DNA of 64,000 nt, taken from positions 331-64,330 of the forward strand of contig CAVQZJ010000037.1 of NCBI GenBank assembly GCA_963718425.1, in the 5' to 3' direction. The DNA is from an uncultured Solirubrobacterales bacterium (GTDB lineage Bacteria > Actinomycetota > Thermoleophilia > Solirubrobacterales > Solirubrobacteraceae). Positions 1-10,396 of this stretch are shown here, piece after piece (within the stretch, counting starts at the first letter, position 1; every line of letters starts with the position of its first letter). The notes below the pieces were generated by a model. It saw only the letters and a program-made list of their open reading frames with translations, had not been told where the DNA came from and ran no database searches. Both the position numbers and the translations under genes were made by a program.

Positions 1-624
1 CCGCCGTCCACGCGACCGCGCCCGCCGGCGGCGTTTCCAGCCCACAGAGCCAAGATCGGCGCGAGCCCGCAAGGTTCACCAGCGGCACAAGACCCGAGCG
101 CCGCCTCCTCGCCGGTACAGCTACAGGACGAAGGGCATCAGCTGCTCGGCGAAGGGCGCTACCAGGCGGCGATCGGCGATCTGCGCGCCGCGCTCCTAGC
201 CACCGGCCAGTCGGCCATTGGGTGCGCCCGCCCGACTACCGAAACGTGCCTCACCTACGCCTACGCCCTGTATGACCTCGGCCGTGCGCTGCGCCTGGAC
301 GGAGACACCGCCGCCGCCGTGCCGATCCTCACCCAACGGCTGCGCATCGACAACCAGCGTCCGACCGTACAAAACCAACTCGACCTCGCGCTCGCCCAAC
401 TGAAGAACCCGCCAGGTACGCCAGGCAAGCGGATCCCACGGTATTTGAGCCCGGGCAAACGATGTGATGCGACGGCTCCTCCTCGTTGTGCGCGGCCGCC
501 ATGCCGTGCTGATCCCGGGCCCGCCAATCGGCGGCCTCTCACGCCAACCGTCTCTCTGCGTAGGGATCTCAGTGACCCAAAGCGCTACCGGTGTGTCACC
601 TCGGCCACCTCGATGAATCGCTGA
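1..624 (+). CDS. Partial gene (5' end outside window): Pro/Ala linker + TPR-like C-terminal domain, possibly the tail of a Ser/Thr kinase; true 3' end uncertain
   Basis: Frame 1 is open from base 1: QLQDEGHQLLGEGRYQAAIGDLRAAL...CLTYAYALYDLGRALRLDGDTAAAVPILTQRL, a TPR-like helix pattern. Confidence 0.55.
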   Translation, partial: PPSTRPRPPAAFPAHRAKIGASPQGSPAAQDPSAASSPVQLQDEGHQLLGEGRYQAAIGDLRAALLATGQSAIGCARPTTETCLTYAYALYDLGRALRLDGDTAAAVPILTQRLRIDNQRPTVQNQLDLALAQLKNPPGTPGKRIPRYLSPGKRCDATAPPRCARPPCRADPGPANRRPLTPTVSLRRDLSDPKRYRCVTSATSMNR

Positions 625-1300
625 AACGCCGCCCCGTCCCGCATCGGTCGCCCGTGGCCAAAACAGACGATGTCGGGCTTCAGCGCGGCCAGACGCCGTG
701 CCGACCGCAGGTTGAGGGCGGGGTCGGGGGTGAGCGCCGCTGGCGGCAGTCGCAGCCCGCTCCACCGGATTGGGGGCTTCATGTTGAACAGCACGTCGCC
801 GAGGATCAGCACCCGATCGCGCTCGCGCCAGAACGGGCGAGATGCCCGGGCGAGTGTCCAGGTGTCTGGAGGACTTCGAACCCGGCGATCTCCTGCCCCT
901 CCGGCGAGCGTACGCGAAACCGGGTGGCCTGGGCCCGCCACCAGGCGGTGTGCCAGGCGCATCGCAAACGGCCTCTTGGCCAGACCCGCGCGGGCGCCTG
1001 ATCGCACGGCCGTCACGTCCGCCTCGCCACACATGAGGGGTATCCCGAGTTCCGCGCAGATCGCGTGCTTGCGCCCATGTGATCCATATGGCCGTGGGTC
1101 AGGACATGGCCCGAGAGCGAAAGCCCGTGCAGGGCACGGGCAATGCGTCTGTGAGCGTGGCGGGTGGCCGCGTCCACGAGCACGTCTTGCATGAGATACA
1201 CGTTCAGCGCGTAGCGAGGGCGGCCATCGAGAAGCCACAGGCCGTCGGCTATGCGCTCTGAGTTGCGCGGAGCCAACTCCGCATACGGTGGCGTATCCAT
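585..1300 (-). CDS. MBL-fold metallo-hydrolase, frameshifted (sequencing errors or pseudogene)
   Basis: THGHMDHMG (HxHxDH) in ORF 1013-1339; LILGDVLFN and VCFGHG in ORF 585-1523; frame changes near 1070 and 850-900. Confidence 0.8.
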
Positions 1301-1313
1301 ACGGTGGCGTACT

Positions 1314-1895
1314 ATGTCTGGGATGGCTAGTCGTGTCAAGCAGCTCGCGGCCGAGGACTGGGAAAACGCGGCGCTGCTGGCAATCTCCGACGGCGGGCTC
1401 GCGGCAGTCGCCGTGGAGCCGCTGGCGCGACGCCTGGGTGTGACGAAGGGCAGCTTCTACGCGCACTTTCGCAACCGCGATGAGCTCGTCAACGCCGCAT
1501 TGCGCCGCTGGGAGCAGGTGCACCTAGATTCGTTCGCCGCCGTGATGGAGCGCTTTGGGGATCCCACGAAGCGCCTGGAAGCGCTGGCCGAGCTCGCGAT
1601 GGGCGGCGCGCGGTCTCGCCCAGTCATTGCTCGGCTGCTGCTCGAGAGCGAGGATCCGCGCGTCAGGGCGGCGCTGGGCCGTATCGCGGAGTTCCGCATA
1701 GCTCACATCCAGGCCGCGCTGCGCGAGCTGGGGCTCCCGCGCGGTATGGCCGCCCATCGAGCCACCATCGCCTACGCGGCCTACATCGGCCTGCTGCACC
1801 TGGCGCGCGAGGCGCCCGAGCGACTCAGCGCCGAGCGGCCCCTCGGGCGCGAGCTCGTGCGAGCGCTGACCCAACGCGACTCGCCTCGGGGCTGA
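1314..1895 (+). CDS. TetR/AcrR family transcriptional regulator
   Basis: AVAVEPLARRLGVTKGSFYAHF HTH; divergent from the MBL gene. Confidence 0.9.
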   Translation: MSGMASRVKQLAAEDWENAALLAISDGGLAAVAVEPLARRLGVTKGSFYAHFRNRDELVNAALRRWEQVHLDSFAAVMERFGDPTKRLEALAELAMGGARSRPVIARLLLESEDPRVRAALGRIAEFRIAHIQAALRELGLPRGMAAHRATIAYAAYIGLLHLAREAPERLSAERPLGRELVRALTQRDSPRG

Positions 1896-1948
1896 GCCCG
1901 CGGGTAACCGTATGCATGGCCGTCCGTGGTGGCCGGTCTTCACAGCCA

Positions 1949-1963
1949 ATAACGTCGCTATGC
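1949..1963. promoter_or_regulatory. Putative TetR operator ATAACGTCGCTATGC
   Basis: Matches the two sites at 4109-4150 (ATAAC-N3-GYTAT-like). Confidence 0.5.
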
Positions 1964-1976
1964 GACACTGCGAGGG

Positions 1977-2609
1977 ATGAGTCCCAAGACCGCCGATCCC
2001 GACATTCGCCGGGCCCTGATCGAGGTCTCAGCCCGGCTGCTGGCGAGGGAGGGACCGAGCGCGCTCAGCACTCGCCGCCTCGCGACCGAGGTCGGCACCT
2101 CCACCATGGCCGTGTACACCCACTTCGGCGGCATGGAGGAGCTGCACCGTGCTGTCCGGGAGGAGGGCTTTCAGCGGCTGATGGATCACCTGCGCTCCGT
2201 CCCGACCACGCGCGACCCGGTGGCCGATCTCTCCGCGCTGGGCTGGGCCTACTGCTTCAACGCCGTCACCAACCCGCACCTCTATCGCGCGATCTTCCTC
2301 GAAGCGCCGGTGGGCGAGGCGCAGAGCACGATCGGACGTCCGACATTCGAGCATCTCATCGACACCGTGGCCCGCTGCATCCAGGCCGGTCGCTTCCGGC
2401 CGGCCAACTCGGAGTCGCTGGCGATCCAGCTGTGGACCGCCGCGCACGGAATGATCTGCGCGGTATTTGCCCACGTGCTGACGCTCGAGCAGATAACCGA
2501 ACATTTCTCGGCGATGGCTCGCAACCTCTATGTGGGCTTCGGCGACGATCCGGCCGCGGCCCTGCGATCGATCAAGCGCGCGCGGCAAAGGATGCAGCCC
2601 GCGGTTTGA
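1977..2609 (+). CDS. TetR family regulator with WHG-like C-terminal domain
   Basis: LSTRRLATEVGTSTMAVYTHFG; LWTAAHG. Confidence 0.9.
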   Translation: MSPKTADPDIRRALIEVSARLLAREGPSALSTRRLATEVGTSTMAVYTHFGGMEELHRAVREEGFQRLMDHLRSVPTTRDPVADLSALGWAYCFNAVTNPHLYRAIFLEAPVGEAQSTIGRPTFEHLIDTVARCIQAGRFRPANSESLAIQLWTAAHGMICAVFAHVLTLEQITEHFSAMARNLYVGFGDDPAAALRSIKRARQRMQPAV

Positions 2610-2646
2610 ACGCGCGGACTCCCGCGCCGTGTGAGGTGGCCGGCGC

Positions 2647-4089
2647 TCAGCGAGCGACCCTCGAGGCGAAGGTTCCGTGAAAGCCGTAGGGGACGTGGTG
2701 TGAAAGACGAGCCACGGCTATCGGCTCGCTCTCAACGTCGCGGGCGTCGAGCACATAGAGGTCGGAGCGATGGCCCCGACCGTCGTAGACGAGTGCCAGC
2801 AGCCAGCCGTCGTCCTCTCCATGGCGCTCGGGGCGGGGCACGAAGATCGGCTCGCCCATGCCAAAGCCCGTGCCGAGATCGAACGACCAGTGACGTCCAC
2901 TCTCGTTGTCGACCTTGACCACCGCCGTGGGATAGCCCGCGCCCGACGGTCGCGCCGCCAGATACGTGTAGCGGTTGCGGATGCCGGTGCGCTCCAGGTC
3001 CAGTTGGGGAAACTCGGCCTGGCATGGGCACAGCTCGTGCTGCTCCACCGTTCCCGATGGGCCGACCCGCAGACGCCACAGCGAGCTGTGCGCGCTCAGC
3101 TCCGTCTCGTCTTTGAAGGTGCGCAGCAGCTCGCCGATCGCATAGTCCTCATAGCGACAGAGGTCGATGACCGTGTCCGAGCCGTCCTGGAACGCATTGC
3201 TGATATGGAAGTGAAAGAACGGGTCGCACTCCGCGACGCGCGGCTTGCCGCCATCGCGCGGGACGAGGATGATGCGAGTCGCCCTGGACGGGTCCCACTC
3301 GAAGGACCTGTCGAAGCTCGAGAAGCCCGTTAGGAAGCGCGTCATCCGCAGAACGAGCGGGTCGATCACAAAGACCATGTACTTGGCGGTCAGCGCGAAG
3401 TCGTGGTTGAGGACCGGGTAGGGAAGGGTGACCGGCTGCAGGTAGTGCAGGCGTCCGCCACGATCGACGCGGTAGGTGCGGATCCGCGTGCGCGGGCCAT
3501 ATTGGATGCCGAAGTTGAACAGCTCGCCTGTCGCCGGGTCGAGCTTTGGGTGAGCGGAGAATGCGTGGGCGCGCTTGAGGCGACCGTCGAAGTCCTCCTC
3601 GCCGAGCGTCCTCAGCGAATCCGGGTCAAGCCGCCACGGGTGCCCTCCCTCCCACAGCGCGAGCAGATTGCCCGCGTGCAGCACGACGCTGGTATTCGCG
3701 GGGTTGGACGCGGTGGGCATGCGAAAGGCGTTCGCCAGTGCGCCGCCGGCACGCTGGGCGCCGAAACCGCGGGAGTGTGGCTCTGTGGCGCTGCGCTCCC
3801 CCAGGTAGTGATTGGTGGCGATGTAGCGGTTGCGGTAGCGGACCTCGCCGTCGGCGAAGGTGAACTGGGAGAGCATTCCGTCGCCGTCGAAGAGATGGGC
3901 GAACGGGCTGCCGGCGATTTCGTTGCGACTGGGGCCGTTGCGATACAGCGTCCCGCGCAGCTGGTCGGGGATGTGGCCCGCGATGTCTTCGATCGTGTAG
4001 TCGTGGCCGTCGGCGATCGCCTCGAATACGCGATTCATCTTGGGCTCCTCGACGGTGGCGGTCTGTGAGACGACGACGCTGGTGCTCAC
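2647..4089 (-). CDS. Carotenoid oxygenase family protein (RPE65/CCD)
   Basis: LRGTLYRNGP, HLFDGDG, SAHPK, NHDF, FHISNAF, EFP, GEPIFVP, PYGFHG (four Fe-binding His); upstream GGGAG. Confidence 0.93.
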   Translation of the reverse strand: MSTSVVVSQTATVEEPKMNRVFEAIADGHDYTIEDIAGHIPDQLRGTLYRNGPSRNEIAGSPFAHLFDGDGMLSQFTFADGEVRYRNRYIATNHYLGERSATEPHSRGFGAQRAGGALANAFRMPTASNPANTSVVLHAGNLLALWEGGHPWRLDPDSLRTLGEEDFDGRLKRAHAFSAHPKLDPATGELFNFGIQYGPRTRIRTYRVDRGGRLHYLQPVTLPYPVLNHDFALTAKYMVFVIDPLVLRMTRFLTGFSSFDRSFEWDPSRATRIILVPRDGGKPRVAECDPFFHFHISNAFQDGSDTVIDLCRYEDYAIGELLRTFKDETELSAHSSLWRLRVGPSGTVEQHELCPCQAEFPQLDLERTGIRNRYTYLAARPSGAGYPTAVVKVDNESGRHWSFDLGTGFGMGEPIFVPRPERHGEDDGWLLALVYDGRGHRSDLYVLDARDVESEPIAVARLSHHVPYGFHGTFASRVAR

Positions 4090-4108
4090 GGCGGGCTCCC
4101 TTGGTCTA

Positions 4109-4150
4109 TTGCATAACGCTGTTCTGCCAACTTATAACACCGCTATGCAA
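4109..4150. promoter_or_regulatory. Inverted-repeat operator pair upstream of the carotenoid oxygenase
   Basis: TTGCATAACGCTGTT ... AACACCGCTATGCAA (13/15 inverted match). Confidence 0.6.
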
Positions 4151-4778
4151 CTGTCAAGAGCTTCCGCCGGACAGCGCGCGCTCCTATTCAGTTTTGATTG
4201 AGGACCCGGAAAGCCGGTGATCGACAACCTCACCCAGGACGCGACGCAACGCGGTTCGGCTGGCCGGGAGATTCCCCCACAGCTCATGGAGGCAGGTAGC
4301 GCCTGCCAGAGGGGTTTAGATGGACGGCGGTCCCGCCCTCGACGGTCGCGATGTCCTTGCGCGCGTAAGAGAACGCACCGACACGACCGTCACCCGACAA
4401 GATGGTCAGGTAGGCAGGATCGATCTGCCGTACGGACACCCTTGAAGACAGAAGGCCTGCGACCCGAGGCGGTGATCTAAAGACGAGGAGGAGCATTTCG
4501 AGGACCAGCGACAAGCACCGCTCACACCCGCGAGAAACATGCTTGGTACTCATATCGCTATCCAAAGACCTCACCGTCGTACATCGGGGCCACGTCCATA
4601 CGTCATCCGACATCGACCTCTGGCCGGGACAGCGGCTGGGTGATCACCGGATCCGGGGGCCGGCGCCGAGTGTCTGACCGTGCACGCCATCGGCGATGAG
4701 GCATGTAATCGGCGAGCACCGGGGAGCAAGTCCGGCGCGCGAATCGCCGTCCTCAGCCACGGCGTTAAAGGTGCGGTA

Positions 4779-6698
4779 ATGGATGCGCCGCAAAGGAGTG
4801 AGCAGCAGCCGGCAAGCGACCAGACCTGTGCGCTTCACGCCGCGGCACTGAGTGAGCTCCCGTTCGAGGACCGCGAGGATTTCGAGGACGCTCAGCGGGG
4901 CCTGATCGACACGCCGGCGAGCCTCGTCCTGCGCGACGGGGAGGGGCGCGTGGTGTGGGACATGGACGCCTACGCGTTCGTCTCCGCGCAGGCACCGGCG
5001 CCGCAGACCGTGCACCCCAGCCTGTGGCGCATGGCGCAACTGAACGGTGTGCACGGCCTGTTCGAGGTGGTGCCCGGCATCTATCAGGTGCGCGGATATG
5101 ACCTCTCGAACATCACCTTCGTGGAGGGCGCTAGCGGCGTGATCGTGATCGACCCGCTGGTCTCCGCTGAGTGCGCGGCGGCGGCGCTCGAGCTCTACCG
5201 CACTCACCGTGGGGAGCGACCGGTGAGCGCTGTGATCTACACCCACAGCCACGTCGATCACTTCGGGGGAGTCAAGGGAGTTGTGGACGAGCGGGCCGTG
5301 CGGGACGGCGAGGTGCCCGTGTGGGCGCCCTCCGGCTTCCTGGAGCACGCCGTATCGGAGAACGTTCTGGCGGGCACCGCGATGGGACGGCGCGCCTCCT
5401 ACATGTTTGCGCCCACCCTGCGAAGGGGCCCGTGCGGCCAGGTTGACGCGGGGATCGGCAAGAGCACATCCAGCGGCACGATCACGCTGATCCCGCCCAC
5501 GCACGAGGTGTCGTGCACCGGCCAGGAGGAGCTGATCGACGGGGTGCGCTTCGTCTTTCAGCTGGTGCCCGACAGCGAGGCACCGGCCGAGATGAACTTC
5601 CACTTCCCCGATCTGGGTGTGCTGTGCGTGGCAGAGAACGCCGTCCACTGCATGCACAACGTGCTCACGCCTCGTGGCGCGCTGGTACGCGACGCGCTGG
5701 CCTGGTCGAAGTACCTCGCCGAGGCGATCGAGCTGTTCGGTCAGACCACACAGGTCATGTTCGCCCAGCACCACTGGCCACGCTGGGGAACACGGCGGAT
5801 AGTCGATCACCTCGCGCTGCACCGCGACATGTACCGCTACCTTCACGATCAGACGCTGCGGCTCGCCAACCGGGGTCTCACACCCACCGAGATCGCCGCG
5901 CAGGTGAGGATGCCGCCGGCGCTGGAGCGCAGCTGGTCCTGCCGCGGCTACTACGGCACCGTCAGTCACAACGTGCGCGCCGTCTACCAGCGCTACCTCG
6001 GTTTCTTCGACGGCAACCCCGCGCACCTCGACCCCCTCCCGACCGAGCAGGCCGCACGCAACTATGTGCGGCTCGCGGGCGGCATGGAGGCGCTGCTCGC
6101 CCACGCGCAGGACGCTTTTGCGCAGGGGGACTACCGCTGGGTGGCTGAGATCTGCTCGCACGCCGTGTTCGCCGACCACGACTGTGAGCAGGCGAGGGAC
6201 CTGCACGCTCGGGCGATGGAGCAGCTCGGCTACCAGTCAGAGAGCGCGGTGTGGCGCAACCTGTATCTAATGGGTGCCAAGGAGCTGCGCGAGGGACCTC
6301 CCAAGGGCGGCGGCGGACGACGGGTCGCCAGCGCCGACGTCGCACGGGCCCTGTCGATAGAGCAGCTGTGGGACGCGATCGGGGCGCGACTGGACGGGCC
6401 GCGAGCATGGGAGACGAAGATCCTCACCGGCTGGAGCTTCACAGACACGGGGGAGACCTGGACCGTCAGCGTGGAAAACGGGGCGCTCTGCGCCGTGCCA
6501 GGCAGGATGGGCAGCGACGTTCACGTCACCGTCACGCTGACGCGAGGAGCGTTTGACGCGATGCTGCTCGGCGAGGGCGAGGTGACGGAGCTGTTCGCCG
6601 AGGGCGCGATCGAGGTGCAGGGAGACGGCGCCAAGCTCGGCGAGCTGTTCGGTCTGCTCGACGACGGGGACCCGACGTTCGCGATCGTCACACCCTGA
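4779..6698 (+). CDS. Alkyl/aryl sulfatase (SdsA1/BDS1 type: MBL + dimerisation + SCP2-like domains)
   Basis: SLWRMAQLN, YQVRGYDLSN, YTHSHVDHFGG, QHHWP, YLHDQTLRLAN, RGYYGTVSHN. Confidence 0.93.
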   Translation: MDAPQRSEQQPASDQTCALHAAALSELPFEDREDFEDAQRGLIDTPASLVLRDGEGRVVWDMDAYAFVSAQAPAPQTVHPSLWRMAQLNGVHGLFEVVPGIYQVRGYDLSNITFVEGASGVIVIDPLVSAECAAAALELYRTHRGERPVSAVIYTHSHVDHFGGVKGVVDERAVRDGEVPVWAPSGFLEHAVSENVLAGTAMGRRASYMFAPTLRRGPCGQVDAGIGKSTSSGTITLIPPTHEVSCTGQEELIDGVRFVFQLVPDSEAPAEMNFHFPDLGVLCVAENAVHCMHNVLTPRGALVRDALAWSKYLAEAIELFGQTTQVMFAQHHWPRWGTRRIVDHLALHRDMYRYLHDQTLRLANRGLTPTEIAAQVRMPPALERSWSCRGYYGTVSHNVRAVYQRYLGFFDGNPAHLDPLPTEQAARNYVRLAGGMEALLAHAQDAFAQGDYRWVAEICSHAVFADHDCEQARDLHARAMEQLGYQSESAVWRNLYLMGAKELREGPPKGGGGRRVASADVARALSIEQLWDAIGARLDGPRAWETKILTGWSFTDTGETWTVSVENGALCAVPGRMGSDVHVTVTLTRGAFDAMLLGEGEVTELFAEGAIEVQGDGAKLGELFGLLDDGDPTFAIVTP

Positions 6699-6851
6699 CG
6701 AAGTCGTGAGCTGTCGCCGAGTCACGGCGTCCCGGTTGCTTGTCTCAGCCTCTGTGCCTCTGTGCTTGCGCAACCCTTGATCTCCGGTGTGGGGCGCTGA
6801 AGGTGGTGCGCACGGTGCCGCTTTCGCCATAAAGCGTCAAAGTTCCAGACG

Positions 6852-8195
6852 ATGGTGCCCACGACACGATACGCCCGCAGCGGCGATGCCACCATCGCCT
6901 ACCAGGTGACCGGCGACGGGCCGCTCGATCTGCTGTTCATGACCGGCTGGATCTCCCAGGTCGAGCAGCTGTGGGAGTCGCCGGCGCTACGGCGTCTGCT
7001 TGAGCGCCTGTCGGTGTTCAGCCGCCTGATCCTCTTCGACCGCCGCGGGACCGGACTGTCGGACAACGTTGGCGGCTTCTACACGCTCGAGCAGGACACG
7101 AGGGACGCGCTCGCGGTGCTGGACGCGGCCGGCAGCGAGCGCGCGGCGATCTTCACCTACGGGCTGGGTGGACCGGTGGGCGCGCTGCTCGCCGCCGAAC
7201 ATCCACGACGCGTCGGCGCGCTGATCATGTATGCGTCGATCGCCCGCACCACCTGGGCGGAGGACTACGACTGGGCGATGACCGTCCAGGAACGAGCCGA
7301 GTGGACCGAGCGCACGATCGCCACCTGGGGCCAAACCGACGGGCCCGCCCTGCCGGTGCTGGCTCCCTCGATGGCCGGGGATCCGGCGATGGCGGCGTGG
7401 TTCGCGCGATTGCAGCGGCTTGCGGCCAGCCCCAACGACGCTCGGATCCTTCTGAGCGCCAGCGCCGAGCTCGACGTGCGCGGCGCGCTTGCACGAATCC
7501 AGGTTCCCACCCTGGTCCTGCATCGATCTCAGGACATTGCCTGGGATCCGCGCCACTCCCGCTATCTGGCCGAGCACATCCCGGGGGCCCGCTTCGTGGA
7601 GCTCGAGGGCGGCGACTCGCTGCCGTTCGTCGGCGAAAGCGAGCAGATCATCGAAGAGATCGAGGAATTCCTCACCGGTGGACGGGGCGGCGCACAGCTG
7701 GCAAGGGCGCTACTGACGGTGATGTTCACCGACATCGTCTCCGCTACGGCGCGTGCCGCCGAGCTCGGCGACGGGCGCTGGCGGGATCTGCTGGCACGCC
7801 ACGATCAGCAGGTGCGGCGGGAGCTCGCGCGCTTCGAGGGTCGCGAGATAAAGACCGTCGGCGACGGCTTCCTGGCGGCCTTCGCCGGTCCTCCCTCACG
7901 AGCTCTGCGCTGCGCCCTGGCGATCACCGAGGAGGCGCGCGAGCTCGGAGTGCAGGTGCGCATCGGCGTGCACACCGGCGAGTGCGAGTTGATCGGCGAT
8001 GACCTCGGAGGGATGGCGGTCCACATCGCCGCACGGGTGTGTGCGCTCGCGGGCGCGGGCGAGGTGCTCGTCTCCGGGACGGTGTTCGGGACCGTCGTCG
8101 GCGGGCCGTTCACCTTCGAGGATCGCGGCCTTCACGAGCTCAAGGGCGTACCGGTCCGCTGGCCGCTGTTCGCGCTCGGCGCGCTCGAGCGGTGA
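6852..8195 (+). CDS. Alpha/beta hydrolase - class III adenylate/guanylate cyclase fusion (LipJ/Rv1900c-like)
   Basis: IAYQVTGDGP, FDRRGTGLSD; FTDIV, KTVGDG, GVHTGE, AVHIAARV. Confidence 0.92.
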   Translation: MVPTTRYARSGDATIAYQVTGDGPLDLLFMTGWISQVEQLWESPALRRLLERLSVFSRLILFDRRGTGLSDNVGGFYTLEQDTRDALAVLDAAGSERAAIFTYGLGGPVGALLAAEHPRRVGALIMYASIARTTWAEDYDWAMTVQERAEWTERTIATWGQTDGPALPVLAPSMAGDPAMAAWFARLQRLAASPNDARILLSASAELDVRGALARIQVPTLVLHRSQDIAWDPRHSRYLAEHIPGARFVELEGGDSLPFVGESEQIIEEIEEFLTGGRGGAQLARALLTVMFTDIVSATARAAELGDGRWRDLLARHDQQVRRELARFEGREIKTVGDGFLAAFAGPPSRALRCALAITEEARELGVQVRIGVHTGECELIGDDLGGMAVHIAARVCALAGAGEVLVSGTVFGTVVGGPFTFEDRGLHELKGVPVRWPLFALGALER

Positions 8196-8268
8196 GGGCG
8201 TCTGTGATGAGAACCAGCGCGAGACCTGCTGACTACCATGGCTATCGGGAGAGCCAGGGACCGTCACC

Positions 8269-10275
8269 GTGAGAGGCATCCGAGCCACAGCCGCCCCGGT
8301 CTTCCTTTGGCTTGCGAGTTGCCTTGTCCCATGCACCTCGCAGTCGGCGGACACGCTCTCGCCACTGGCGTCGTCCAGCTACACCGTGCGAGTTGTGTGC
8401 GGCGGTGTGAGGCCCGGACGGGCTCGCTGTCTTGGGCTGGAACTGCAGCCGCACAGCGCCAGCGCCCGTGCGCGCACTCACCCGCTGGGAATGACGCGTC
8501 GCGAAACGATCAGAGCGGGTCTTGCCTCAGAAGGCGCCTACGGCCTGCGCCCCCAGGACCTGGGCGGCGTCTACTTCCCCGGCCAAGCACCGGAAGCGCC
8601 CGCGACACAACCGCAGACGATCGCCCTCGTGGACGCCTACAACAACCCCAACGCCGAAGCGGGCCTGGGGGAATACGCTCGGGAATTTCACCTCCCCGAA
8701 TGCACCGCGGCCAACGGCTGCTTCCAGCAGGTAAACCAGAACGGGGAAACCGGCAATCTGCCGTTTCCCCAAAACAAGGAAGCGATCGAAGCCAGGGAAG
8801 CCGTCTGTGAACAGGGCGCCTCCGAAACCCAGGTCAGAGAAGCCGCCTGCCGGGAAGTGGAAGAAGTGCGCGGCTGGTCCCTTGAGATCTCAAGCGACAT
8901 AGAGATCACCCACGGGATCTGCGAGAACTGCCGCATCCGCCTGGTCGAGGCCAACTCACCCGACGCCAGGGACCTCGAAACAGCCGAGCGGACGGCCGCC
9001 CGCACCGAAAGCGAAGGCGGGATGGGGGCGAATGAGATCTCCAACTCCTGGGGGCTTCCAGAACCACCGATCGACAGCGAAGCGTTCAACCATCCCGAGG
9101 TGGCCATCACCGCGGCAAGCGGTGACTTCGGCTATCTGAACTGGACCGAAGCAGAAGAAACCAAAGCCCATGGAATGGCCTACTACGAGGGCGTCGAATA
9201 CCCCGCCTCCTCGCCACACGTGATCTCCGTCGGCGCCACCAAGCTGCTCCTCAGTGGCGGCTCCCGCCAGAGCGAGACGATCTGGAACGAAGGCCCCAGC
9301 GTCGCCGGGAAGAACGAAGGCGCCGACGGGGGCGGCTGCAGCGTCAACTTCCGGGCCGCCGCCTGGCAGCGCGAAGTACCCGACTGGACGGCGGTCGGAT
9401 GCGGATCAAAGCGGGCGGTCGCAGACGTCGCCGCCGACGGTGACCCATACACCGGGATAGCGGTCTATTACGCGGCGCCCAGAGGGACGGGGAGCTGGAG
9501 AACGTATGGCGGAGCGAGCGTCTCCTCGCCGATCATCGCGTCGATGTTCGCGCTGGCCGGTGGATCACATGGAGTCGCCTACCCAGCCCAAACGCTGTAT
9601 GAACACCTCGGCACACCCTGGCTGTACGACATCGACCAGGGAGGGGACGGCAAGTGCAACGGCGACTACACCTCGGGCTGTAGCGGCTCCATGACCCCAC
9701 TGTCCCCGTTTGACTGCGGGGAAGGTGTGCTGATCTGTAACGCCGGGTCAGGCTATGACGGGCCGAGCGGTGTCGGAGCGCCAAACGCGCTCTCGGCCTT
9801 CATCCCCGGTGCCCAGCCACCCAGCCAACTGCAGACCACGACACCCATCACCGACCCAGAAAGCCCCGGGGGGAACGCATCTCCGCCCGGCCAGGTACCA
9901 AAAACGGACAGCGTGCCCTCGAGCACACCCAAAGGCCCTGCGCCGATAAGCATCTCGCACATCCTGCTCACCCCACAGGCAAACGAGGCGATCTCCCATG
10001 GATGGCCGCAGGTGGCGAGCATCGCATTTGCCTTCACGCTCAGCGACCCCGCGACTTTGGAGGCGACCCTCTCGAAGTTTGTTCATCGCCACCGACACTC
10101 ACGCTGGCAGATCCTGCGCGACTCGGTGGCGATCGCAGGCCGTCGAGGAGCAAATCACGCACGCCTGCAGGCGCCCGGAAGGCTCGCCCCCGGCCTCTAT
10201 CGCCTGAGGCTGAGGCCGGTCCGCGGCGATGCAGGGTCGCTGCTGATCCGCATCGCTGCAGGCGGCGTCCTCTGA
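8269..10275 (+). CDS. Secreted S53 (sedolisin-like) peptidase with C-terminal basic beta-rich domain
   Basis: Signal peptide; IALVDAY, EISSD, ASGD, YPASSP, GGASVSSP, YDGPSGVG; P/S/T linker. Confidence 0.85.
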   Translation: MRGIRATAAPVFLWLASCLVPCTSQSADTLSPLASSSYTVRVVCGGVRPGRARCLGLELQPHSASARARTHPLGMTRRETIRAGLASEGAYGLRPQDLGGVYFPGQAPEAPATQPQTIALVDAYNNPNAEAGLGEYAREFHLPECTAANGCFQQVNQNGETGNLPFPQNKEAIEAREAVCEQGASETQVREAACREVEEVRGWSLEISSDIEITHGICENCRIRLVEANSPDARDLETAERTAARTESEGGMGANEISNSWGLPEPPIDSEAFNHPEVAITAASGDFGYLNWTEAEETKAHGMAYYEGVEYPASSPHVISVGATKLLLSGGSRQSETIWNEGPSVAGKNEGADGGGCSVNFRAAAWQREVPDWTAVGCGSKRAVADVAADGDPYTGIAVYYAAPRGTGSWRTYGGASVSSPIIASMFALAGGSHGVAYPAQTLYEHLGTPWLYDIDQGGDGKCNGDYTSGCSGSMTPLSPFDCGEGVLICNAGSGYDGPSGVGAPNALSAFIPGAQPPSQLQTTTPITDPESPGGNASPPGQVPKTDSVPSSTPKGPAPISISHILLTPQANEAISHGWPQVASIAFAFTLSDPATLEATLSKFVHRHRHSRWQILRDSVAIAGRRGANHARLQAPGRLAPGLYRLRLRPVRGDAGSLLIRIAAGGVL

Positions 10276-10396
10276 GGCGAACCAAGGGCTCCTCGACACA
10301 CCGTCGAGCACTCGGGCGAAACAACTGGATGCCCGAGAAATTACCCATGTACATCCCTGGTGCGCCTCGCTGTTCGCCGGTAGGCTTGAAGTTGGT

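Noticed and set aside
4644..6206. Long antisense ORFs (also 37067-38536, 13318-14514, 60408-61412 and others)
   Set aside because: Shadow ORFs of real genes, expected at high GC.
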